Part shown: one piece after another, positions 1-11,140 of the stretch
Position numbering within the stretch: position 1 is the first letter of the stretch
Layout of the letters: the number at the start of each line of letters is the position of its first letter
Source: Eledone cirrhosa
Taxonomy: Eukaryota
DNA: 64,000 bases
Assembly: GCA_964016885.1 (NCBI GenBank)
Contig: OZ024744.1
Span: 129,952,001 to 130,016,000, forward strand
Reading direction: 5' to 3'
The notes under the pieces: model-generated
Database searches by the model: none
What the model was told of the DNA's origin: nothing
The model's input: only the letters and a program-made list of their open reading frames with translations
Translations under genes and position numbers: made by a program

Positions 1-3000
1 GTTGGGGTTAAGTTAAGTTGGGGTTGAGTTAAGTTGGGGTTGAGTTAATTTGGGGTTAAGTTAAGTTGGAGTTAACTTAAGTTGGGTTTAAGTTAAGTTG
101 GGGTTAAGTTAAGTTGGGGTTAAATTAAGTTGGGGTTAAGTTAAGTTGGGGGTAAGATAAGTTGGGGTTAGTTAAGTTGCGGTTAAGTTAAGTTGGGGTT
201 AAGTTAAGTTGGGGTTAAGTTAAGTTGGGGTAAAGTTAAGTTGGGGGTAAGTTAAGTTGGGGGTAAGTTAAGTTGGGGGTAAGTTAAGTTGGGGTTAATT
301 TAAGTTAGGTCTAATTAAGTTGGGGTTAAGTTAAGTTGGGGTTAAATTAAGTTGGGGTTTAGTTAAGTTGGGGTTAAGTTAAGTTGGGGTTAAGTTAAGT
401 TGCGGTTAAGTTAAGTTGAGGTTAAGTTAAGTAGGGGTTAAATTATGTTGGGGTTAAGTTAAGTTCGGGTTAAGTTAAGTTGGGGTTAAGTTGAGTTGGG
501 GATAAGTTAAGTTGGGGATAAGTTAAGTTGGGGTTAAGTTAAGTTGGGTTTAAGATAAGTTTGGGTTAAGTTAAGTTGGGGTTAAGTTAAGTTGGGGTTA
601 AGTTAAGTTGGGGTTAAGTTAAGTTGGTTAGTTAAGTTGAGTTTAAGTTAAGTTGGGGTTAATTTAAGTTGGGGTTAAGTTAAGTTGGGGTTAAGTTAAG
701 TTGGGGTTAAGTTAAGTTGGGGTTAAGTTAAGTTGCGGTTAAGTTAAGTTGAGGTTAAGTTAAGTTGGGGTTAAGTTAAGTTGGGGTTAAGTTAAGTTGG
801 GGCTAAGTTAAGTTGGGGCTAAGTTAAGTTGGGGCTAAGTTAAGTTGGGGTTAAGTTAACTTTGGGTTATGTTAATTTGGGTTTGAGTTAAGTTGGGGTT
901 AATTAAGTTGATGTTAAGTTAAGTTGATGTTAAGTTAAGTTGGGGTTAAGTTAAGTCGGGGTTAAGTTAAGGTGGGGTTAAGTTAAGTTGGGGTCAACTA
1001 AAGTTGGGGTTAAGTTAAGTTGGGGTTAACTTAAGTTGGGGTTAAGTTAAGTTGGGGTTAAGTTGGGGTTAAATTAAGTTGGGGTTAAGTTAAGTTGGGG
1101 TTAAGTTAAATGGGGTTAAGTTAAGTTTCGGGTAATTTAAGTTGGGGTTAAGTTAAGTTGGGGTTAAGTTAAGTTGGGGGTAAGTTAAGTTGGGAGTAAG
1201 TTAAGTTGGGGTTAAGTTAAGTTGGGGTTAAGTTAAGTTGGGGTTAAGTTAAGTTAGGGTTAAGTTAAGTTGGGGTTGAGTTAAGTTGGGGTTAAGTTAA
1301 GTTGGGGTTATGTTAAGTTGGGGTTAAGTTAAATTGGGGTTAATTTAACTTTGTGGTTAAGTTAAGTTGGGGTTAAGTTAAGTTGGGGTTAAGTTAAGTT
1401 GGGGTTAAATTAAGTTGGGGTTAAATTAAGTTGGGGTTAAGTTAAGTTGGGGTTATGTTAAGTTGGTGTTAAGTTAAGTTGGAGTTAAGTGAAGTTGGGG
1501 TTAAGTTAAGTTGGGGTTAAGTTAGGTTGGTGTTAAGTTAAGTTGGGGTTAAGTTAAGTTGGGGTTAAGTTATGTTGGGTTTAAGTTAAGTTGGGGCTAA
1601 GTTAAGTTAGGGCTAAGTTAAGTTGGGGTTAAGTAAAGTTAGGGCTAAGTTAATTTGGGGTTAAGTTAAGTTGGGGTTAATTTAAGTTGGGGTTACATTA
1701 AGTTGAGGTTAAGTTAAGTTGGGGTTAAGTTAAGTTAGGGTTAATTTAAGTTGGGGTTATGTTAAGTTGGGGTTAAGTTAAGTTGGGGTTAAGTTAAGTT
1801 GGGGCTGAGTTAAGTTGGGGTTACGTTAAGTTGGGGTTAAGGTAAGTTGGGGTTAAGTTAAGTTGGGGTTAAGTTAAGTTGGGTTTAAGTTAAGTTGGGG
1901 TTAAGTTAAGTTGGGGTTAAATTAAGTTGGGGTTAATCTAAGGTGGGGTTAAGTTAAATTGAGGTTAAGTTAAGTTGGGGTTAATTTAAGTTGGGGTTAA
2001 GCTAAGTTGGGGTTAAGTTAAATTGAGGTTAAGTTAAGTTGGGGTTAAGTTAAGTTGGGGTTAATTTAAGTTGGGGCTAAGTAAAGTTGGGGCTAAGTTA
2101 AGTGGGGGTTAAGTTAAGTTAGGGTTGAGTTAAGTTGGGGTTAAGTTAACTTTGGGTTAAGTTAAGTTGGGGTTAAGTTAAGTTGGGGTTAAGTTAAGTT
2201 GGGGTTAAGTTAAGTTGCGGTTAAGTTAAGTTGAGGTTAAGTTAAGTTGGGGTTAAGTTAAGTTGGGGTTAAGTTAAGTGGGGCTAAGTTAAGTTGGGGC
2301 TAAGTTAAGTTGGGGCTTAGTTAAGTTGGGGTTAAGTTAAGTTGGGGTTAAGTTAAGGTGGGGTTTAGTTAAGTTGGGGTCAACTAAAGTTGGGGTTAAG
2401 ATAAGTTGGGGTTCACTTAAGTTGGGGTTAATCTAAGTTGGGGTTAAGTTAAGTTGGGGTTTATTTAAGTTGGGGTTCAGTTAATTTGGGGTTAAGTTAA
2501 GTTTGGGTTAAGTTGGGGTTAAATTAAGTTGGGGTTAAGTTAAGTTGGGCTTAAGTTACGTTGGGGTTAATTTAAGTTGGGGTTAAGTTAAGTTGCGGGT
2601 AATTTAAGTTGGGGTTAAGTTAAGTTGGGGTTAAGTTAAGTTGGGGTTAAGTTAAGTTGGGGGTAAGTTAAGTTGGGGGTAAGTTAAGTTGGGAGTAAGT
2701 TAAGTTGGGGTTAAGTTAAGTTGGGGTTAAGTTAAGTTGGGGTTAAGTTAAGTTAGGGTTAAGTTAAGTTGGGGTTGAGTTAAGTTGGGGTTAAGTTAAG
2801 TTGGGGTTATGTTAAGTTGGGGTTAAGTTAAATTGGGGTTAATTTAACTTTGTGGTTAAGTTAAGTTGGGGTTAAGTTAAGTTGGGGTTAAGTTAAGTTG
2901 GGGTTAATTTAAGTTGCGGATAAGTTAAGTTGAGGTTAAGTTAAGTTGGGGTTAAGTTAAGTTGGGGTTAAGTTAAGTTGGGGCTAAGTTAAGTTGGGGC

Positions 3001-4370
3001 TAAGTTAAGTTGGGGCTTAGTTAAGTTGGGGTTAAGTTAAATTGGGGTTAAGTTAAGGTGGGGTTTAGTTAAGTTGGGGTCAACTAAAGTTGGGGTTAAG
3101 TTAAGTTGGGGTTTATTTAAGTTGGGGTTCAGTTAATTTGGGGTTAAGTTAAGTTTGGGTTAAGTTGGGGTTAAATTAAGTTGGGGTTAAGTTAAGTTGG
3201 GGTTAATTTAAGTTGGGGTTAAGTTAAGTTGGGGTTAAGTTAAGTTGGGGTTAAGTTAAGTTGGGGGTAAGTTAAGTTGGTGTTAATTTAAGTTGGGGTT
3301 AAGTTAAGTTGGGGTTAAGTTGAGTTGGGGTAAAGTTAAGTTGGGGTTAAGTTAAGTTGGGGTTAATTTAAGTTGGGGTTAAGTTAAGTTGGGGTTAATT
3401 TAAGTTGGGGTTAATTTAAGTTGGGGTTAAGTTAAGTTGGGGTTAAGTTAAGTTGGGGTTAAGTTAAGTTGGGGGTAAGTTAAGTTGGGGTTAAGTTAAG
3501 TTGGGGTTAAGTTGGGGTTAAGTTAAGTTAGGGTTAACTTAAGTTGGGGTTAAGTTAAGTGGTGGTTATGTTAAGTGGTGGTTATGTTAACTTGGGGTTA
3601 AGTTAAGTTGGGGTTAAGTTAAGTTGCGGTTAAGTTAAGTTGGCGTTAAGTTAAGTTGGGGTTAAGTTAAGTTGGGATTAAGTTAAGTTGGGGTTAAGTT
3701 AAGTTGGGGTTAAGTTAAGTTGGGGTTAAGTTAGATTGTTGTTAAGTTAAGTTGGTGTTAATTTAAGTTGGGGTTAACTTAAGTCGGGATTAAGTTAAGT
3801 GGGGGTTAAGTTAAGTTGGGGTTAAATTAAGTTCGGGTTAAGTTAAGTTGGGGTTAAGTTAAGTTGGGGTTAAGTTAGGTTGGGGTTAAGTTAAGTTGGG
3901 GGTAAGTTAAGTTGGGGGTAAGTTAAGTCGGGGGTAATTTCAGTTGGGGTTAAGTTAAGTTGGGGTTGAGTTAAGTTGGGGCTAAGTTAAGTTGGGGTTA
4001 TGTTAAGTTGGGGTTAATTTAAGTTGGGGTTAAGTTAAGTTGGGGTTCAATTAAGTTGCGGTTAATTTAAGTTGGGGTTAAGTTAAGTTGGGGTTAAGTT
4101 AAGTTGGGGTTAAGTTAAGTTGGGGTTAAGTTAAGTTGGGATTAATTTAAGTTGGGGTTAAGTTAAGTTGGGGTTAAGTTAAGTTGGGGTTAAATTAAGT
4201 TGGGGTTAAGTTAAGTTGGGGTTAAGTTAAGTTGGGGTTAAGTTAAGTTGGGGTTAAGTTAATTTGTGGTTAAGTTAAGTTGGGGTTAAGTTAAGTTGGG
4301 GTTAAGTTCAGTCGGGGTTAAGTTAAGTCGGGGTTAAGTTAAGTTGGGGTTGAGTTAAGTTGGGGTTAAT
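1..4370 (+). repeat. Further copy of the 4,437-bp HOR unit (matches 14057-~18470, with a 47-bp deletion near 2160)
   Basis: Position 1 aligns to 14057 (offset 14,056; CAACTAAAG 995/15051). After ~2160 the offset is 14,103 (TTAGATTGTT 3731/17834; GTGGTGG 3559/17662). Confidence 0.82.
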
Positions 4371-7300
4371 TTAAGTTGGGGTTAATTTAAGTTGGGGTTA
4401 AGTTAAGTTGGGGTTAAGTTAAGTTGGGGTTAAGTTAAGTTGGGGGTAAGTTAAGTTGGGGTTAAGTTAAGTTGGGGTTAAGTTGGGGTTAAGTTAAGTT
4501 AGGGTTAACTTAAGTTGGGGTTAAGTTAAGTGGTGGTTATGTTAAGTGGTGGTTATGTTAACTTGGGGTTAAGTTAAGTTGGGGTTGAGTTAAATTGGGG
4601 TTAAGTTAAGTTGCGGTTAAGTTAAGTTGGGGTTAAGTTAAGTTGGGGTTAAGTTAATTAGGGTTAAGTTAAGTTGGGGTTAAGTTAAGTTGGGGTTAAG
4701 TTAAGTTGCGGTTAAGTTAAGTTGGGATTAAGTTAAGTTGGGGTTAAGTTAAGTTGGGGTTAAGTTAAGTTGGGGTTAAGTTAGATTGTTGTTAAGTTAA
4801 GTTGGGGTTAATTTAAGTTGGGGTTAAGTTAAGTTGGGGTTAATTTAAGTTGGGGTTAAGTTAAGTCGGGGTTAAGTTGAGTTGGGGTTAGGTTAAGTTG
4901 GGGTTAAGTTAAGTTGGGGTTAAGTTAAGTTGGGGTTAAGATAAGTTGGGGTTAAGTTAAGTTGGGGATGAGTTAAGTTGGGGTTGAGTTAATTTGGGGT
5001 TAACTTAAGTTGGGGTTAACTTAAGTCGGGATTAAGTTAAGTGGGGGTTAAGTTAAGTTGGGGTTAAATTAAGTTCGGGTTAAGTTAAGTTGGGGTTAAG
5101 TTGGGGTTAAGTTAGGTTGGGGTTAAGTTAAGTTGGGGGTAAGTTAAGTTGGGGGTAAGTTAAGTCGGGGGTAATTTCAGTTGGGGTTAAGTTAAGTTGG
5201 GGTTGAGTTAAGTTGGTGCTAAGTTAAGTTGGGGTTATGTTAAGTTGGGGTTAATTTAAGTTGGGGTTAAGTTAAGTTGGGGTTCAATTAAGTTGCGGTT
5301 AATTTAAGTTGGGGTTAAGTTAAGTTGGGGTTAAGTTAAGTTGGGGTTAAGTTAAGTTGGGGTTAAGTTAAGTTGGGATTAATTTAAGTTGGGGTTAAGT
5401 TAAGTTGGGGTTAAGTTAAGTTGGGGTTAAGTTAAGTTGGGGTTAAGTTAAGTTGGGGTTAAATTAAGTTGGGGTTAAATTAAGTTGGGGTTAAGTTAAG
5501 TTGGGGTTATGTTAAGTTGCTGTTAAGTTAAGTTGGGGTTAAGTTAAGTTGGGGTTAAGTTATGTTGGGTTTAAGTTAAGTTGGGGCTAATTTAAGTTAG
5601 GGCTAAGTTAAGTTGGGGTTAAGTAAAGTTAGGGCTAAGTTAATTTGGGGTTAAGTTAAGTTGGGGTTAATTTAAGTTGGGGTTACATTAAGTTGAGGTT
5701 AAGTTAAGTTGGGGTTAAGTTAAGTTAGGGTTAATTTAAGTTGGGGTTATGTTAAGTTGGGGTTAAGTTAAGTTGGGGTAAGTTAAGTTGGAGCTGAGTT
5801 AAGTTGGGGTTACGTTAAGTTGGGGTTAAGGTAAGTTGGGGTTAAGTTAAGTTGGGGTTAAGTTAAGTTGGGTTTAAGTTAAGTTGGGGTTAAGTTAAGT
5901 TGGGGTTAAATTAAGTTGGGGTTAATCTAAGTTGGGGTTAAGTTAAATTGAGGTTAAGTTAAGTTGGGGTTAATTTAAGTTGGGGTTAAGCTAAGTTGGG
6001 GTTAAGTTAAATTGAGGTTAAGTTAAGTTGGGGTTAAGTTAAGTTGGGGTTAATTTAAGTTGGGGCTAAGTAAAGTTGGGGCTAAGTTAAGTGGGGGTTA
6101 AGTTAAGTTAGGGTTGAGTTAAGTTGGGGTTAAGTTAACTTTGTGTTAAGTTAAGTTGGGTTTGAGTTAAGTTGGGGTTAATTAAGTTGGGGTTAAGTTA
6201 AGTTGGGGTTAAGTTAAGTTGGGGTTAAGTTAAGTTGGGGTTAAGTTAAGTTGCGGTTAAGTTAAGTTGAGGTTAAGTTAAGTTGGGGTTAAGTTAAGTT
6301 GGGGTTAAGTTAAGTGGGGCTAAGTTAAGTTGGGGCTAAGTTAAGTTGGGGCTTAGTTAAGTTGGGGTTAAGTTAAGTTGGGGTTAAGTTAAGGTGGGGT
6401 TTAGTTAAGTTGGGGTCAACTAAAGTTGGGGTTAAGTTAAGTTGGGGTTCACTTAAGTTGGGGTTAATCTAAGTTGGGGTTAAGTTAAGTTGGGGTTTAT
6501 TTAAGTTGGGGTTCAGTTAATTTGGGGTTAAGTTAAGTTTGGGTTAAGTTGTGGTTAAATTATGTTGGGGTTAAGTTAAGTTGGGGTTAAGTTACGTTGG
6601 GGTTAATTTAAGTTGGGGTTAAGTTAAGTTGCGGGTAATTTAAGTTGGGGTTAAGTTAAGTTGGGGTTAAGTTAAGTTGGGGTTAAGTTAAGTTGGGGGT
6701 AAGTTAAGTTGGGGGTAAGTTAAGTTGGGAGTAAGTTAAGTTGGGGTTAAGTTAAGTTGGGGTTAAGTTAAGTTGGGGTTAAGTTAAGTTAGGGTTAAGT
6801 TAAGTTGGGGTTGAGTTAAGTTGGGGTTAAGTTAAGTTGGGGTTATGTTAAGTTGGGGTTAAGTTAAATTGGGGTTAATTTAACTTTGTGGTTAAGTTAA
6901 GTTGGGGTTAAGTTAAGTTGGGGTTAAGTTAAGTTGGGGTTAAATTAAGTTGGGGTTAAATTAAGTTGGGGTTAAGTTAAGTTGGGGTTATGTTAAGTTG
7001 GTGTTAAGTTAAGTTGGGGTTAAGTTAAGTTGGGGTTAAGTTAAGTTGGGGTTAAGTTAAGTTGGGGCTAAGTTAAGTTGGGGCTAAGTTAAGTTGGGGC
7101 TTAGTTAAGTTGGGGTTAAGTTAAATTGGGGTTAAGTTAAGGTGGGGTTTAGTTAAGTTGGGGTCAACTAAAGTTGGGGTTAAGTTAAGTTGGGGTTTAT
7201 TTAAGTTGGGGTTCAGTTAATTTGGGGTTAAGTTAAGTTTGGGTTAAGTTGGGGTTAAATTAAGTTGGGGTTAAGTTAAGTTGGGGTTAATTTAAGTTGG

Positions 7301-10300
7301 GGTTAAGTTAAGTTGGGGTTAAGTTAAGTTGGGGTTAAGTTAAGTTGGGGGTAAGTTAAGTTGGTGTTAATTTAAGTTGGGGTTAAGTTAAGTTGGGGTT
7401 AAGTTGAGTTGGGGTAAAGTTAAGTTGGGGTTAAGTTAAGTTGGGGTTAATTTAAGTTGGGGTTAAGTTAAGTTGGGGTTAATTTAAGTTGGGGTTAATT
7501 TAAGTTGGGGTTAAGTTAAGTTGGGGTTAAGTTAAGTTGGGGTTAAGTTAAGTTGGGGGTAAGTTAAGTTGGGGTTAAGTTAAGTTGGGGTTAAGTTGGG
7601 GTTAAGTTAAGTTAGGGTTAACTTAAGTTGGGGTTAAGTTAAGTGGTGGTTATGTTAAGTGGTGGTTATGTTAACTTGGGGTTAAGTTAAGTTGGGGTTA
7701 AGTTAAGTTGCGGTTAAGTTAAGTTGGCGTTAAGTTAAGTTGGGGTTAAGTTAAGTTGGGATTAAGTTAAGTTGGGGTTAAGTTAAGTTGGGGTTAAGTT
7801 AAGTTGGGGTTAAGTTAGATTGTTGTTAAGTTAAGTTGGTGTTAATTTAAGTTGGGGTTAACTTAAGTCGGGATTAAGTTAAGTGGGGGTTAAGTTAAGT
7901 TGGGGTTAAATTAAGTTCGGGTTAAGTTAAGTTGGGGTTAAGTTAAGTTGGGGTTAAGTTAGGTTGGGGTTAAGTTAAGTTGGGGGTAAGTTAAGTTGGG
8001 GGTAAGTTAAGTCGGGGGTAATTTCAGTTGGGGTTAAGTTAAGTTGGGGTTGAGTTAAGTTGGGGCTAAGTTAAGTTGGGGTTATGTTAAGTTGGGGTTA
8101 ATTTAAGTTGGGGTTAAGTTAAGTTGGGGTTCAATTAAGTTGCGGTTAATTTAAGTTGGGGTTAAGTTAAGTTGGGGTTAAGTTAAGTTGGGGTTAAGTT
8201 AAGTTGGGGTTAAGTTAAGTTGGGATTAATTTAAGTTGGGGTTAAGTTAAGTTGGGGTTAAGTTAAGTTGGGGTTAAATTAAGTTGGGGTTAAGTTAAGT
8301 TGGGGTTAAGTTAAGTTGGGGTTAAGTTAAGTTGGGGTTAAGTTAATTTGTGGTTAAGTTAAGTTGGGGTTAAGTTAAGTTGGGGTTAAGTTCAGTCGGG
8401 GTTAAGTTAAGTCGGGGTTAAGTTAAGTTGGGGTTGAGTTAAGTTGGGGTTAATTTAAGTTGGGGTTAATTTAAGTTGGGGTTAAGTTAAGTTGGGGTTA
8501 AGTTAAGTTGGGGTTAAGTTAAGTTGGGGGTAAGTTAAGTTGGGGTTAAGTTAAGTTGGGGTTAAGTTGGGGTTAAGTTAAGTTAGGGTTAACTTAAGTT
8601 GGGGTTAAGTTAAGTGGTGGTTATGTTAAGTGGTGGTTATGTTAACTTGGGGTTAAGTTAAGTTGGGGTTGAGTTAAATTGGGGTTAAGTTAAGTTGCGG
8701 TTAAGTTAAGTTGGGGTTAAGTTAAGTTGGGGTTAAGTTAATTAGGGTTAAGTTAAGTTGGGGTTAAGTTAAGTTGGGGTTAAGTTAAGTTGCGGTTAAG
8801 TTAAGTTGGGATTAAGTTAAGTTGGGGTTAAGTTAAGTTGGGGTTAAGTTAAGTTGGGGTTAAGTTAGATTGTTGTTAAGTTAAGTTGGGGTTAATTTAA
8901 GTTGGGGTTAAGTTAAGTTGGGGTTAATTTAAGTTGGGGTTAAGTTAAGTCGGGGTTAAGTTGAGTTGGGGTTAGGTTAAGTTGGGGTTAAGTTAAGTTG
9001 GGGTTAAGTTAAGTTGGGGTTAAGATAAGTTGGGGTTAAGTTAAGTTGGGGATGAGTTAAGTTGGGGTTGAGTTAATTTGGGGTTAACTTAAGTTGGGGT
9101 TAACTTAAGTCGGGATTAAGTTAAGTGGGGGTTAAGTTAAGTTGGGGTTAAATTAAGTTCGGGTTAAGTTAAGTTGGGGTTAAGTTGGGGTTAAGTTAGG
9201 TTGGGGTTAAGTTAAGTTGGGGGTAAGTTAAGTTGGGGGTAAGTTAAGTCGGGGGTAATTTCAGTTGGGGTTAAGTTAAGTTGGGGTTGAGTTAAGTTGG
9301 TGCTAAGTTAAGTTGGGGTTATGTTAAGTTGGGGTTAATTTAAGTTGGGGTTAAGTTAAGTTGGGGTTCAATTAAGTTGCGGTTAATTTAAGTTGGGGTT
9401 AAGTTAAGTTGGGGTTAAGTTAAGTTGGGGTTAAGTTAAGTTGGGGTTAAGTTAAGTTGGGATTAATTTAAGTTGGGGTTAAGTTAAGTTGGGGTTAAGT
9501 TAAGTTGGGGTTAAGTTAAGTTGGGGTTAAGTTAAGTTGGGGTTAAATTAAGTTGGGGTTAAATTAAGTTGGGGTTAAGTTAAGTTGGGGTTATGTTAAG
9601 TTGCTGTTAAGTTAAGTTGGGGTTAAGTTAAGTTGGGGTTAAGTTATGTTGGGTTTAAGTTAAGTTGGGGCTAATTTAAGTTAGGGCTAAGTTAAGTTGG
9701 GGTTAAGTAAAGTTAGGGCTAAGTTAATTTGGGGTTAAGTTAAGTTGGGGTTAATTTAAGTTGGGGTTACATTAAGTTGAGGTTAAGTTAAGTTGGGGTT
9801 AAGTTAAGTTAGGGTTAATTTAAGTTGGGGTTATGTTAAGTTGGGGTTAAGTTAAGTTGGGGTAAGTTAAGTTGGAGCTGAGTTAAGTTGGGGTTACGTT
9901 AAGTTGGGGTTAAGGTAAGTTGGGGTTAAGTTAAGTTGGGGTTAAGTTAAGTTGGGTTTAAGTTAAGTTGGGGTTAAGTTAAGTTGGGGTTAAATTAAGT
10001 TGGGGTTAATCTAAGTTGGGGTTAAGTTAAATTGAGGTTAAGTTAAGTTGGGGTTAATTTAAGTTGGGGTTAAGCTAAGTTGGGGTTAAGTTAAATTGAG
10101 GTTAAGTTAAGTTGGGGTTAAGTTAAGTTGGGGTTAATTTAAGTTGGGGCTAAGTAAAGTTGGGGCTAAGTTAAGTGGGGGTTAAGTTAAGTTAGGGTTG
10201 AGTTAAGTTGGGGTTAAGTTAACTTTGGGTTAAGTTAAGTTGGGTTTGAGTTAAGTTGGGGTTAATTAAGTTGGGGTTAAGTTAAGTTGGGGTTAAGTTA

Positions 10301-11140
10301 AGTTGGGGTTAAGTTAAGTTGGGGTTAAGTTAAGTTGCGGTTAAGTTAAGTTGAGGTTAAGTTAAGTTGGGGTTAAGTTAAGTTGGGGTTAAGTTAAGTG
10401 GGGCTAAGTTAAGTTGGGGCTAAGTTAAGTTGGGGCTTAGTTAAGTTGGGGTTAAGTTAAGTTGGGGTTAAGTTAAGGTGGGGTTTAGTTAAGTTGGGGT
10501 CAACTAAAGTTGGGGTTAAGTTAAGTTGGGGTTCACTTAAGTTGGGGTTAATCTAAGTTGGGGTTAAGTTAAGTTGGGGTTTATTTAAGTTGGGGTTCAG
10601 TTAATTTGGGGTTAAGTTAAGTTTGGGTTAAGTTGTGGTTAAATTATGTTGGGGTTAAGTTAAGTTGGGGTTAAGTTACGTTGGGGTTAATTTAAGTTGG
10701 GGTTAAGTTAAGTTGCGGGTAATTTAAGTTGGGGTTAAGTTAAGTTGGGGTTAAGTTAAGTTGGGGTTAAGTTAAGTTGGGGGTAAGTTAAGTTGGGGGT
10801 AAGTTAAGTTGGGAGTAAGTTAAGTTGGGGTTAAGTTAAGTTGGGGTTAAGTTAAGTTGGGGTTAAGTTAAGTTAGGGTTAAGTTAAGTTGGGGTTGAGT
10901 TAAGTTGGGGTTAAGTTAAGTTGGGGTTATGTTAAGTTGGGGTTAAGTTAAATTGGGGTTAATTTAACTTTGTGGTTAAGTTAAGTTGGGGTTAAGTTAA
11001 GTTGGGGTTAAGTTAAGTTGGGGTTAAATTAAGTTGGGGTTAAATTAAGTTGGGGTTAAGTTAAGTTGGGGTTATGTTAAGTTGGTGTTAAGTTAAGTTG
11101 GGGTTAAGTTAAGTTGGGGTTAAGTTAAGTTGGGGTTAAG
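2935..11140 (+). repeat. Near-perfect tandem duplication, period 4,084 bp (~2935-7018 and ~7019-11102)
   Basis: Marker offsets are all 4,084: TTAGATTGTT 3731/7815, and GTGGTGGTTATG 3559/7643 and 4530/8614. The only difference I noticed is AACTTTGTG (~6140) vs AACTTTGGG (~10224). Confidence 0.9.

Noticed and set aside
56-80. 9-bp hairpin TTAAGTTAA / TTAACTTAA as a terminator or ncRNA
   Set aside because: It is an AT-rich by-product of one G>C variant in a TTAA-rich repeat, with no transcription unit context.
177-183. Retained CpG variants (TGCGG, TCGGG, TACGT) as evidence for absence of methylation
   Set aside because: CpG decay would often regenerate consensus-like or other common variants, and the copies are recent, so methylation status cannot be inferred by eye.
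1254-1259. Canonical telomere motifs TTAGGG (and TTAGG, e.g. 3875) within the array
   Set aside because: These are isolated single-base variants of the monomer and are never tandem, so they are not a canonical telomere tract.
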